From: Lama guanicoe
Lineage: Eukaryota
Assembly (NCBI GenBank): GCA_013239625.1
Contig: MU053652.1
Coordinates: forward strand, 6,377,902-6,441,901
Direction: 5' to 3'
DNA: 64,000 bases
Each line of letters begins with the position of its first letter. Position 1 is the first letter of the stretch. The position numbers and the translations under genes were made by a program. Positions 1-11,830 of this stretch are shown piece by piece. The notes beneath the pieces were generated by a model that saw only the letters and a list, made by a program, of their open reading frames with translations, had not been told where the DNA came from and searched no databases.

Positions 1-389
1 AAAACCTGCTCTTTTTCCTCAGGAGTATCTCATGCAACTTCAGTTCCTTCAAACATAATTTGGAAAATGGAGATCCAGGCTTCTGGCCAGATCTTCAGAA
101 AGAGGTTACAGCCTGAGAGTGAATTATTTAAATAACTGATTTAAGTGTTAGTGTGCTGTTCAGGCATCTTAAATATAGTTTATCCTCCCTGGAGAGACCA
201 ATATTTTGACTTGTGATTGAAAATTTGGCTTTGATGTAATTTTAGTTACATCTTAAGCACTAGTATTAACCCAGTACTGTTTCTGACATGTATTAGGGAA
301 AAAATTGTGCTGATTATGTAAATATATAGTCATATTTATGATTATAATGAAAATAATGATAATTATGATAAGCAGGAGGAGGTGCTCTG

Positions 390-570
390 TCATTTAGTTC
401 ACAAATACTGTAGTAGGAATCTTATATATATTATATTATTTAACCATCTTAAATCATTACCCCCTTGGGATAGGTGTATTTTCCCAATGTATATATTCAA
501 AAACCAAAGCATAGTATGATTAAGTGGCTCAAAGTTACATGGATAGTAGTAAGATTTCATGTATAATATG
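390..570 (-). mobile_element. MIR SINE fragment (degenerate)
   Basis: Resembles the reverse complement of the MIR core (…gataggtgtattttcccaatgt…aaaccaaagcatag…taagtggctcaaagttacatggatagtagt). Confidence 0.45.
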
Positions 571-645
571 GCTGATTCTATAATTTATAAGTATTTTAGC
601 TGCTGTTTAATCATTATCAATATAAGAATACACAGAGAGAATATA

Positions 646-1060
646 CAGATAGAGGTGCCTCTCCTATTCAAAAGTAGAGAGTTCCTATGAAGTCTTCTCA
701 TAAACTGAAATGGCTTAACTCGAAGAAGCAATTAGCTTAGGACATCTTGATAATGAACCTACAAGTAAAATGAGATAAAGCATAGATGCTCATAGACACA
801 GTTCAAAGCTACAGTGGCTGATACTCAGAGGCCGAGTGTAGTTCCCAGGGAAGGGTCTTGGTGGGGCCGCTTTAGCTGCTTGGATGTGTGCTGGCTCTGT
901 TATGTTCCCTGCAGGACAAATTCTGAAGGCTGTTCTTGCTTTTAGCTTTTTTTTTGTTGCTGTTGTTAGAAGAGAAAATACTCTTCAGATTTATTTAGAT
1001 AAGCAAAAAACGGGTACTAATGCAGGTATTTCCTAAAAGCAAGGTGGCATAAAATGACCA
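646..1060. mobile_element. Non-autonomous TcMar-Tigger-type DNA transposon, subfamily uncertain
   Basis: Long match to a recalled Tigger-derived MITE: gataaagcatagatgctcatagacacagttcaaagcta…gagtgtagttcccagggaagg…gtactaatgcaggt…aaaagcaaggtggcataaa. Confidence 0.7.
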
Positions 1061-1668
1061 TACCAGTAGTATTGAGCTACTTAGAATGATGGATTCATGC
1101 AAAATCACTAAATTGGATTATTAAAGAGTTCACAAATCTCATTAATGAAAGTGGAGGCTAAGTTCTAGAAAGTTCAAATGACTGAATTGCTCAAATTCTG
1201 ATTGATAACTTCAAAATAATCATTCACATATTTTCCTGTAACCCCTCTTCCAGAAGGTAAACTATTTTAAAACAACTTGCATCAGGAATTTTGCATATGT
1301 GAAACTCCTGCTTCACAGGTTTTGAAAAAGCCAAACCCTAAGAAGAGAGTCTATTACAGGCACTGTGAACCGTGGTGGAGGGGGTTTGTGAGAAGCAGGA
1401 GGAAAGGGAAAGGCACTTCCCCTGTTCTGCCGAGGGTAATGATGTAAGACACTTTATTCCAATTCTGAGAAATTAGGCAGTGGGAAGTCAGGTATATTAG
1501 TTATATAATAGATTTCAAGTGACTGAACCTTAAGCACTGAGGTTTCCTGCCTCCATAAATATCTCTTTATCCAGCAGAAGTAAAGGAAGCACACTGCCAC
1601 AGGATGCCAAGGGACCACTGTGCCTAGAAGGTTGGCGATATCAGTGGGAGAAATAGGACTCATTTGAG

Positions 1669-1851
1669 CAGTGCTCTTCAGCTGTGGGTCATGAACCTTT
1701 AATAGCTCATATGCATTGCATATGTGGATTATATACAGAATTTTTATTGAATTAAAAAAAATTCACTAAATTAATAGGGTCTAACAACTCTAATGGGATA
1801 AATATATCATAAAAAATTGTTTCACTTTTGTTAAAAGTTTGAAAAATGCTG
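1669..1851. mobile_element. hAT-Charlie-type MITE remnant
   Basis: Imperfect terminal inverted repeats cagtgctcttca … tgaaaaatgctg; internal tgtgggtcatgaacc and aaaagtttgaaaa motifs typical of Charlie MITEs. Confidence 0.5.
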
Positions 1852-3294
1852 TATTACTTGTCTTCACTATTTTCTGGGACCATGTGGTACTCATAATTGT
1901 AGAGAACACTAAAAAGTGGAAAATGAAATCTCCTTCCAGATGAGTGGAATGGGAGCAAGGAGGAGTTAGATTATTTTGTAAATGTATATGTATGAGCTGA
2001 GAGTCATAGCACCTACTGAAGCCATTTTTATGTGAATTGGAACAATCAGTGGCTCATTATTCCTAGCATCATTGGCTTGTTTGTTCCAAGATTAAATTAA
2101 AATCCAATATATGTCCAATTTTTATCCTCATATGTGGGTAAGACAAAATTATAATTGGGAATTAGCAGTGCTTATTTGTACTTAAACTCACTTTCATTGG
2201 ATATTTCTTGTATTGTTTTCTACTACAACTCTAAATTTTGTGTTAGAGCACTCCATTTTTTAAATTAAATAATTTATATAGTTTAAATACTCTTATAAAA
2301 TGAGTATTTGACCCCCTTGCACTTCTTTTAGGTACTGTAAGAAAAAAAATATTTTGAATTAAAGAAATTTCACTCATAGAAAAACATGAATATCATATTA
2401 AAATTAGCAAGCTAACCTAAACTTTTGAGATCACAAAACTTACATGTATGCTTATACATTTAATGTATAACATGAGAATACATATTTTTTCCTTCTTTCC
2501 AAAATGTTATTATCATTGAGGAAGTAATTGTTTTACACTGTGTGTTATATTTTTCTAACCTTTATACAATCCCCAGAGCATGCAGCAAAATTTCTTTAGA
2601 ATGCTGTCTTTTATATTAACGATAAGCTGAGAAAAAGACAATCTTGTACTTTTAGAAGATGGCGTAAAATATCTCTGTTTAGATAAAATCAGCACAAAGA
2701 AAAAAAGTCATTCCGAACCCTCCTCCAACTGCCCAATGTTTTGGCTAAAACGTACAAGTCAAGGACAAGTGGCTATCATGCTTTTCTTCTTAAAAAACTT
2801 TAATAACTGTAGACTACTGTATATGTGTATAGTATAGTAATTAACACTTTAAAATATCACCAGAAGCTATAAATATCAATTGTGTGCTATCTTAATGTGA
2901 TAGGCATCCCACAGGCATTGGCTATTAGTTACTATTATTGATTACTATATTCATTTATTATTTAATCATTATTTGTCATCTATTACAATCTTAGTCCTTA
3001 CTGTGTCCTAGAGACAATGTCCTTTAATTTCGCATACGTGTACAATAATTAAATGTAATTTCCATAAATTCTTTAACTTCTGCTGCCATTATCTATGCTA
3101 AAGACACTTAAGCAATGTGAAAAAGTACGTTTCTAGAGAGACCCCTAGTTACTGGGAATAAACTGAAGAGCACAGCACCATGTAATTGAAGTGAGAAAAG
3201 GTTTTATATTCAATAAAAAAAAATTCTCTAAAGAGAGATGAAACTAACACATAGCTGCAGAACATCTGGTCAACCTCAAACAGCAGAAAGGAGA

Positions 3295-3510
3295 AAATAA
3301 CATGCTAGGATCTAGAGTCGGACAAGAGTTCAAATTCCAGCCCACTATTGACTTGTCCCGTAATTTTGGTAAGTTTTTAAATCTTGCTGGGTCTGAGATT
3401 CCTCATTGGTATAATAAGAACCTTCTTTTTAAGGTTGCGATGAAAATTAAAATGAGTTAACGTAGGTAAAATGCTTAGAAGAACACCTGGTAAATAGTAA
3501 GGTTCTATTT
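3295..3510 (+). mobile_element. MIR SINE
   Basis: Head gagttcaaattccagc, core gattcctcattggtataat, and tail aaatgagttaacgtaggtaaaatgcttagaagaacacctggtaaatagtaag. Confidence 0.8.
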
Positions 3511-3724
3511 TAGTTATTAGGATCCAAAGGTTATCATTTTCCTTCCAGAATCTATCTTAATTTCTGTCCTTCTCTCCCCTCTTTTTTCCTAACTTCTTTC
3601 CTTCTCAGTCTCTCTCTCTTCATCTTTTATCTATAATGACATTTTGTGGTTTTTTTCAGACTGCTTAGAAAATTTATGTTCATCCTTTAAAAAGCCTCTT
3701 GATAATAATTTTACATGATTTTAA

Positions 3725-4041
3725 TTTTTAGTAAATGAATAGTATTTTAATTATAGATTAACTAAATTTATTCAACTCATCTTTCTCCTGTTCCATTGGC
3801 GGACATTAGCTTTTCCTCTTAATTTTTAATTACTTTAAACAATGCTGCAGTAAGTGTCCCTGTCTATGTATCATTAATAATTTTTGTAGCATAATTCTGA
3901 TGTGGAATCACCATTTCAAATGTAATTTCAAATTTGAGGCTTTCAATGTAAAATACCAAATTGTCTTCCCAGAATGTTACTGATTTGCACACCTGCTGAT
4001 AGTGTGTGTGTCCTAATTCTAGTCAAATATTGTGACACTGG
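3725..4041 (-). mobile_element. Ancient L1 (L1M) ORF2 end/3' fragment, left part (interrupted by LTR)
   Basis: ggacattagc…aaacaatgctgcagtaagtgtcc…aaataccaaattgtcttcccag are L1 antisense motifs; the element resumes at 5289. Confidence 0.65.
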
Positions 4042-4474
4042 TAAGAAACTGAATACACAATCAGACAATGCCCAGACCACACATAAACGCAGAATTCTGA
4101 CCCACAGTCTGCAGGAATCATACTAGAAAACCAAACTACTATCTGTAGGTCAAACATAGAGAAAGTCAGACTTCTATCTCTGAAAACCAATCTAGGAAGC
4201 CAAACAATAACCCTGTAACAATTGGCTCCAAATGACTGGGACTTGATTAATAACTGATAGCTTCTCTAATTTTTGTCCCTGCTTGCAACTTGGGACCAAC
4301 CAGAGAAAACCAAATATACACCCGTTACCAATCAGAAAGGAAGGCTCGCTTTTATTTAGCCTGCCTACAACTGCCCCGCGCTAATAACCTCCAACAGGGA
4401 ATACCTGAAGTCTTTCATTTTTTCTTCTGTTTGCCTTCAAGTCTCTGCCAAATTCAAGTGACAGTGGCTAACTC
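4042..4474 (+). mobile_element. ERV1-class MER-type solo LTR, 5' part (MER90/MER110-like, tentative)
   Basis: gggacttgattaataactgatagcttctctaatttttgtccctgcttgcaacttgggaccaaccagagaaa matches a recalled MER LTR. A 4-bp target-site duplication CTGG at 4038-4041 and 5289-5292 brackets the whole split element. Confidence 0.7.
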
Positions 4475-4572
4475 TCTCCCTCGCTCCATCTCTCTTTGCC
4501 TCTTTCCCTTCCTTCTTTCCTTCCTTCCTTCCTTTTTTCTCTCTCTCCCTTTCTTTCTTGTCTTTTTTTTTC
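4470..4572. repeat. Pyrimidine-rich simple repeat (CT/CCTT/T)
   Basis: Seen directly: ctctctccctcgctcc…ttccttccttcctt…tttttttt. Confidence 0.9.
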
Positions 4573-4899
4573 AAATTCAATAAATTCCAAATTATACGTA
4601 AGCAACCAGATTGAAGGAACATAAACTGAAATAAACTGCCCTGAGGGTATGAGTAGTATGGGGGGACAAAACAAAAGCCACAGTTCCATTCCAGGTACAG
4701 ATCCAAAGAGCCTCCTTAACTGAAATTCTATCAGGCTGCTCTGCCTATCCTGAAAGCCATTTGGCTGAGGGAATGAAAAAGCTAAAGCACATACAAAGCC
4801 ATATTTTTCAATACCTCTCTGTTGTCTAATAGTTAAACACTGTGATGTTTTTGGTAGAGTTAGGGGTTTCTCTGTATTAAATTTTTATTAACCAGTGTC

Positions 4900-5140
4900 A
4901 CAGGTGTTTCTATGATTACAAAAGTAATATATTTTCTTTGTAAAATGCCCATAGTTTACTGAAAAGCATTAAAATCCACTTGCAATTGTATCATTCAGAA
5001 ATAAATGGTAATACATTGCTATATAGCCTTTCAGACTTTTTCCATACATATACACACATATATGCATATTATAAAAGTTGAATCATACTATAATAATGCT
5101 ATTTGCACTTGATTATCTTTCCATATCAAAAATATCATCT
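4900..5140 (-). mobile_element. Ancient L1ME-type 3' UTR fragment
   Basis: aaagtaatat…aaaatccac…cagaaataaa…gctatatagcctttcagacttttt…aatcatactata resemble L1ME 3' end antisense. Confidence 0.45.
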
Positions 5141-5197
5141 TCATGAAGAGACCCACGGACATGCGGACATGGCTCAGTATTGTTAACTCAAACCCAT

Positions 5198-5288
5198 CAA
5201 GTAATGATGGCTGACTCCCTTGTCACAGCAAGCTGTAAATAAATCGACTTTGCTGTCCTAATTTGAGTGATCTTTGTTTATTTCCATA
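5198..5288 (+). mobile_element. 3' end (R/U5) of the split ERV1-class LTR
   Basis: gatggctgactcccttgtcacagcaagctgtaAATAAA…gatctttgtttatttccata; poly(A) signal, then the CTGG TSD. Confidence 0.7.
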
Positions 5289-5960
5289 CTGGGCATAATT
5301 ACTTTCATTTTTACTCTCTAAATAAAATATGGTATTTATTTGATTAAACTGACATTTTTTTATTTAAGAGTGAACGAGATTTTTTCATGTCATTATACCC
5401 TTTTCAATTGAAGTACTGTTTCCTTATTGATTTTTATTTCAATTATGTTAAGTTAATATATTATAATTGAAATTATTTTTGTCTCTTATACAAACAAGAC
5501 ATATTTTATTTTGCTTATTCATTTTTAATATGCATTATATTTTTAGGAACATTCTGGGATTCCTGGACAGAAAATTCCATCACCTGCAAATAGTTGTTTA
5601 TCATCTCCTTTAGGATACATTGGTTTCTAGGTCTTCCAGAAAAACATTTTAAAAGTTGTACTAGCAGCATTATTATCCTGTCTCTCACGTAACAGAAATA
5701 TCTTAAAAAAATCACCAATGACTTTTGTGACATTTATCTACACTCGCTTTGAGATACATACTGATAAAGACCTCCTCTATTCCTAGTTTACTAAGAGCTA
5801 GTATCAGAAATTACATGTGTATCAACAATTTTGGCACCTCTAGATAGAACGGATTCATCCTTTGACCTACTGAAGTAGTGAAATATAATAATGGACTTCT
5901 TAATGTAAACACTGTTTGGTTCTTAAACCCTGTTTGGTCACTACTTGATTAATATGGTAC
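5289..5960 (-). mobile_element. Ancient L1 (L1M) ORF2 fragment, right part
   Basis: tttccttattgatttt…catcacctgcaaatag…cctctattcctagtttactaagag are L1 ORF2 antisense motifs. Confidence 0.65.
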
Positions 5961-6229
5961 TAAATAAAAGTGTAGAGCCTTGGAATTTTTATTATGTGTT
6001 TATTTTTCTCTAAAATTTAAAAACATGATGTATGTGTAAGTCCAAGCAGCCCCTACTTGAAGCATTTATCTTCCAAATCTAGTGTCTGTTTATCTCTATT
6101 TCAAGAGGAGTTATAGAATCTCAAGGAAGAGGGGCAACATTTGGATAATTCACAGAAGTTGTGGGATTTGTACTGGCTATTCAATGAAATGATAGATATT
6201 CACACAGAGAGAAGGGGAAGGCGATGGCA

Positions 6230-6580
6230 TGAAAACCTAATGGATAATTTAGGAATTTAAAAATAGGAAAGGATATAAGCAAAGACAGAACTCCGTTTTA
6301 TACATTACATGAGCAATGATTAGACCTTTCCAAGAGGTCTAATCTAAGAGAAAAATGAGGAGAAATATAATTGGAAGAATAGATTGATGTCATACTGAGT
6401 AGGGTATTAAATACTGAGGAGCCTGTCTTTTATTTAGAAAGTGGTTTCTTCGCCAGGGATTGATACACAAAATGGTATTTGTGGACTAGAACTCCTGTGG
6501 CTGTGTGTGGGCTGAACCGTAGGAACATCATCTAAAGGCAGGGAGATTAGTAAGAAAGTCACTGCAATCCACCAACGGTG
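6230..6580 (-). mobile_element. L2 LINE fragment
   Basis: ggcagggagattagtaagaaagtcactgcaatcca resembles L2 antisense. Confidence 0.45.
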
Positions 6581-7351
6581 ATTTTTATATCTTTGCTGTG
6601 TATGGAAAATCTGATTTTCTCAATAATATAGTTGTTTATAATTACAGTTTGTGCATTTTGGCCGGTGGTTTCCTAATTTTACCCTTGAGTTCTTTCAAAA
6701 CTCTTGGGTAGATGTAAACTGGCCTGTCAATGTATCTACATAAACACATGTTCCTAACAGGAACCTTTAATTTTTTACTGGAATGTATGATGCCACAGAA
6801 ATAATTTAACAGCTAATCTGCTACAGAGGAAATAGGAGTTGTGGGTGTATATTTAAAGACATTTCAAATGATGATACAGCCAGAATTTTCACTTTATGGT
6901 CAAATTATACAACTGAAGTTCTTTTGGTTGTGCTCTTTCATGCTAAATATCTACATATAGAAAAATCAAACATGATTTTAGTTAACTGCTTGTGAATGCT
7001 TCTGTTGTATGTTTTTTGTTAGCACAGTGTGAAGCCATTCCTCAGAGAACAGGTTTCAGTGCAACTGTCTAAAAATAGGCCTAGTTTTCTTTGTGGCTTT
7101 TCTCCTATCAGATATAGTTCCTTATTTTGAGAATAACATTTACTAAATAAAAAAACTTCTATACTGGTGTTGTACCTGTAGGCAACACACATCAGAATCT
7201 CTCCCTTACACTTAAGAATAAACAATCAAAAGAGAACACTTACAATTTAGTCAAGGAAAGAATGTATGAGCCAAGCGTTTTATATCAAGTCAAGTAGTGC
7301 TTATAGGATGAAAGTTACAACCAAAGAGTTCTGAATATGTAAGAATTTTAT

Positions 7352-7628
7352 ACAAACAATCTTATGGTTACCAGGGGAAGGGGAGGAAGGGGTGGAAAGG
7401 GATAAACTTGGGAGATTGAGATTCACAAATGTTAGCCCCTATATATAAAAATAGATTTTAAAAAGTTTCTTCTGTATAGCACAGGGATCTATATTCAGTA
7501 TCTTGTAATAACCTTTAATGAAAAAGAATATGAAAATGAATATCTGTATGTATATACATGACTGGAACATTGTGCTGTACACCAGAATGACACATTGTAA
7601 CTGACTGTACTTCAATTAAAAAAAAAAA
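7352..7628 (+). mobile_element. Young lineage-specific (camelid-type) L1 3' end with poly(A)
   Basis: ttatggttaccagggg…gggataaacttgggagattgag…tatagcacagggatctatattcagtatcttgtaataacc…gctgtacaccagaatgacacattgtaactgactgtacttcaatt(A)n; closely similar to 52454-52864. Confidence 0.9.
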
Positions 7629-7749
7629 GACAAACTACAATTTTGATATGATCAACTTAAAAAAAAACTCATGGGATATTGTTCGCATGAGTTCTGCTTG
7701 GGAAACAATTAGATGATAAATTCCAAACAAGAAGTCACTGAGGGAAATC

Positions 7750-8420
7750 TTAGCCAAAAGTCCAAATATATTTTACTGAAAATCTGAAACAAAGGTGAGC
7801 ATAAAGGTAACTGAATATAATACAATGTATATAGATCCAGCATAAATGGCATAAATGATAATAATGGGAGTTGGCATATGGAGTTAGGGAAATAAGAAGG
7901 TCTGGAGATAATCTAGCTGACTGCCTCATATGCAGTAACTCACAGATCTCATTGCAGAGATATAAGCACATTAATAGCACAAAGGTAGAGATAAAGAAAA
8001 ATAATGTTATTGACTAAATTGGATGTAAAAGGGAGGAAGGAAAAAAGGCAAAATCAATAATTGTTTATAGAATAGGCAAGAAATAGATATTGTTTAAAAG
8101 GAAAGGGTTCAAATATTATATTAAAACAAGTAAAACAGAAATACACAATTTCTTGTATATCTGAAGAATTACGCAAAACAAAAACTTAAAAGGAAAATAT
8201 AACAAGAAAAAACAAAATCAAAAAATGTTACTGACAAGAAGAAAATTGCCAGTCATATTAAGAAATGTATGTGGTAAACTTGCCTATCAAAACAGTAATA
8301 ATTTTCAAGGTTGATCACAAAGCAAAACTAATCCTATGTATCATACGTATCTAAATCAAAGTGATTCCTGAAGACTGAAAATGGAAAGTTGGGAAAAGGA
8401 AACAACTAAGACAACAACAA
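7750..8420 (+). mobile_element. Ancient L1M inter-ORF/ORF2-start remnant
   Basis: A-rich sequence ending in atctaaatcaaagtgattcctgaagactgaaaatggaaagttgggaaaag, similar to the L1 endonuclease start. Confidence 0.4.
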
Positions 8421-9237
8421 TAATGACAATCTATAAATTTATTTTTTACCCAAAATACAAGATGGGAAAAATAGTGTAGATACCATTGCGTATGCTTTGT
8501 TAGCTCCTGTAACAGGAAAAAAAAGTGATAGATTTAGAGTGATGTCTCTCTCTCTGCAAGTGCTATAGGAGTTTAGTAAGTCTTCAGATGGATGTTCTAA
8601 CAGCTGATTCTTCAGCTTATTAAGGATTGAATAGGTCTTATGAGGTATATGCTCATATATAGCTCTTCCAAGGTATATGCATAGTGTAGAAAATATAAAC
8701 AATTAGAAAGAATATAAAATCATTTGTCACTATAGTGATACTATGTAAAAACAGTAAAAATACTATGAGTTTTTAAAGTGCCATCATTTGTGATCATTTT
8801 AGGTTGTTAAAATATAAACATATATATAACATATATACATCATATATATTTTTAATTCAATAATGTTGAATATACAGTTCTGCATTTTGCTTTTCTAATA
8901 ACATAATAAAATGGACATTTTCTATTGATCTCTAAAATTTATATTGTACAGATGTACCATATTGCCTAGTGTGAATCATTTATTTAACTTGTAATTTTTT
9001 ACTTTTATAAATATTATTGGAGTGAAGAGGAGCCTATATGAATCTACATCTTTGGTTATACCTTTAGAATAAATTACTAGAAATAGGACTTGTATCAAGG
9101 TACACAGAGATTTTACGGCCATCTTTTTTTGATAGAATGACTTTACTAATTTCTACTGTCACACAGTGCATAGTTGCATATCTTATCTACTTTTTTTTTT
9201 TACATTAAGTGTAAATATTTAAGAAAAGATCATTTAG

Positions 9238-9365
9238 GTGGTGGATGAAACAGGTGTAGAGAGTCAACTGTAAGGTAATTACACTTGTGGTGATCACTCT
9301 GTAGTGTATACGGATGTCAAATTATAACACTATATACCTGAAACCTATATAATGTTTTTAAAAGA
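9238..9365 (+). mobile_element. L1 3' terminal fragment
   Basis: acttgtggtgatcactctgtagtgtatacggatgtcaaattataacactatatacctgaaacctatataatgtt is a typical L1 3' end. Confidence 0.7.
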
Positions 9366-9431
9366 GATAATGCCATTAATTTTGAAAAATTAAACATATT
9401 TTAGTTGTTATATTTCCCACAGTGTTAATCA

Positions 9432-10073
9432 TAGCTGATTCTTATCATTCATAGTAGTTAATTTTATAAAGTTGTTGCAAACACCGAAATAGTGAATACT
9501 GAATCATTGCTCCCAGGGGCAATACAGAAGTGGGTTCCTGCAAGCCTGAGGTCAAAACATTTTTATCAACTTGATCATTACATAGTATTTGTACGTATGC
9601 TTCGGTTTAAAGACACCTTTTTGAATACATACTGCTGACTCATTAGCATTGTACTCAAAATGGTCACTGTAACTCATGACTGAATAAAGCTTATTTAACA
9701 CACGCATTTCCTCTGTATAAGACACATCAAGTCTTGCACTTAGGAACACTAGATAGCACTTCAGCACTTGGGTGCCAATTTAAATAGTGAAATCACTAAC
9801 AAAAAAGCATAAAAATGTAGAAATATGGCACTAAATAGAGCATGGAAAGGACCCTTGTTTACAGTGTGAGAGCTGGAACAAGAAGGCAGAGATCACCCTG
9901 TTCACCTTCAGCTAGGAACGTGTGCATTTTGGTCACTCAAAGTTTTCACTGCTCTGCATAATCCATAAATGACTGCAGAAGTGCCACAGATGCTGATTTT
10001 AGGGTTACAAATAAACTTTAGCAAGTAGGTGAATTCACAAATCTGGAACTGACAAGTCATAAGGATTAACCAG
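9432..10073. mobile_element. MER82 (TcMar-Tigger) DNA transposon, near full length
   Basis: Collinear ~640-bp match to recalled MER82: gaatactgaatcattgctcccaggg…gtttaaagacacc…cttaggaacactagatagcacttcagcact…gtggcactaaatag-like…agggttacaaataaac…gtaggtgaattcacaaat. Confidence 0.88.
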
Positions 10074-10139
10074 TTTTCAGAATATTTTTCTTCTTTTTCT
10101 ATTTTTATTTATGGGTCTGATCATGTTAAATTGGGAATA

Positions 10140-10278
10140 CAGTCGTCCCTCTGTGTCTGTGGGGCATTGGTTTCAGGACCTTTGTGGAAACCAAAATTCT
10201 GGAATGCTTAAGCCCCTTACAGTCAGTCAGCCCTCCCTGTCCTCAGATTCCACATCCACTGATACAGAGGGCAGACTG
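10140..10278. mobile_element. Short MER2/MER8-like Tigger MITE
   Basis: TIRs cagtcgtccctctgtgtc … gatacagagggcagactg, preceded by TA; MER2-like ggggcattggtttcaggacc…accaaaattctggaatgcttaagcccct. Confidence 0.85.
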
Positions 10279-10716
10279 CTGATGTCATTCATTTACATAA
10301 GCTCTTTGCCTATTAAGAAAGTTAATGCTTTGTTATATATATATTTTAAAGTTATTCTCTCCTAGTGTATTCTTTGTCTTTCAGTGATTTCTCACACTGT
10401 TTCTTGATACCTTTCCACTGTAACTTTCATGGTCTATTGTTCTATTCTTTTATCACTTTTTCAATGCTGTTGTGCTTTGAAAGAACCGATCCATCCTAGG
10501 AAGAAATGAATGAGCCCTTACATTATCTTCTAATTAGTATGGTTTCCTTTTTGTTTGTTTGTTTGCTTTCATAATTGATATGGATTTTGTCATCGTAAGG
10601 TATGCAATGGAAATCTAGTATTTTGCATCTTTTAAAATAATTTAAACTATTGTCTCAGTGACATATATCACATAATACTTTTGCCATATGGATTTACGAA
10701 GCTGCAATATCTTCTG

Positions 10717-11245
10717 TGCATTTGTTTTCTTTTGCTGTTATAGGAAATTACCACAAATTTAGTGCATTAACTTAATACACACTTATTCTGCTTTAATTCT
10801 GTAAATCAGAAGTCCAACACAGGTCTCATTGGGTTAACATCAAAGTGTCTGTAAGGCTGTATTCATTTCTGGATTCTCTAGGTAACAATTTGTTTTCTTG
10901 CCTTTTGTAGTTTCTAGAGATGCCCGTGTTTCTTGATTCATGATCCCTTTCCTCTGTCTTCAAAGCAGGCAAGGTGAGTCAAGTCTTCCTCATGTCACAT
11001 TGATCTGACCTTTCTATCACTGAGTCTCTTTCCCTCCACAGTCAGGAAAGGTTCTGTACTTTTAAGGACTCCTGTGATTAGATCGGATCCACCTGGATAA
11101 TCCAGGATCATTTCCCCATCTCAAGATTCAAGATCTTAATTGCATTTATGAAGTTTCTTCTGCAACATAAGGTAACATGCTCATCCATTCTAGGGAGAAG
11201 GACATAGTCATTTTTGGGAAAGGGGACATCACTTTGCCTACCGCA
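10717..11245 (-). mobile_element. MaLR solo LTR (MLT1D-like)
   Basis: aaattaccacaaatttagtg…cagaagtccaacacaggtctc…gtcttcaaagcag…ggataatccaggat…ctttgcctaccgca; 5-bp TSD TTCTG at 10712-10716 and 11246-11250. Confidence 0.88.
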
Positions 11246-11250
11246 TTCTG

Positions 11251-11830
11251 GTAAGTTCTTTTTGCACACCATGATCTATCACTGAGGTTTTCTTTCTATT
11301 CTACTGGTCTGGTATGTCTACTCCTGCTGTAACATCAGATGAATTTTGTTGACTTATATTACACTTCAATCTCTGGCAGGCCTTAGTGTATCCTTATAGC
11401 TTTCATTTTTCAAAATGTTCTTGATACATATTTATTTTAGAGACTGCTTTACAACTAATTAATTAAGTTCAAGAAACATTCTTTAGATATTTAATTTGAA
11501 TTGCACAGATCCTATAAATTAGTACAAGGGGAACTAACAACTCTCCCACACACATCTCCATTTAATCTTTATAAAAATGTGGGTATAAAATTTAAAATTT
11601 TCCATCAAATATGTTCCAAATATATCTTACTGAGTTTATTCCTACTTATTTATTGTTGTTGCATATGGGAATATTATTCTCTTACCATAAGAAAAAGTTG
11701 ATTTTTGAATGTTTGCTTTTTCTCTGGCTAGTTCTTTGAATTATCTCATTAGTTCTAATAGATTCTAGCAATTCTATTAAATTTTTCTAAATTATCAAAC
11801 AATTAATTATGGTAAATATATCCTTGAGAT
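11251..11830 (-). mobile_element. Ancient L1M ORF2 fragment (continues on the other side of the MLT1 LTR, ~10290-10716)
   Basis: atttaatttgaattgcacagatcctataaattagt…gttgatttttgaatgttt…tctcattagttctaatag are L1 antisense motifs. Confidence 0.55.

Noticed and set aside
10..125. Acceptor-like ctttttcctcag followed by open frames
   Set aside because: No good donor, and the sequence resembles a degenerate MIR core.
4290..4706. Overlapping ORFs with F/L/S-rich or K/E/R-rich runs
   Set aside because: They are translations of the CT-rich simple repeat and LTR sequence.
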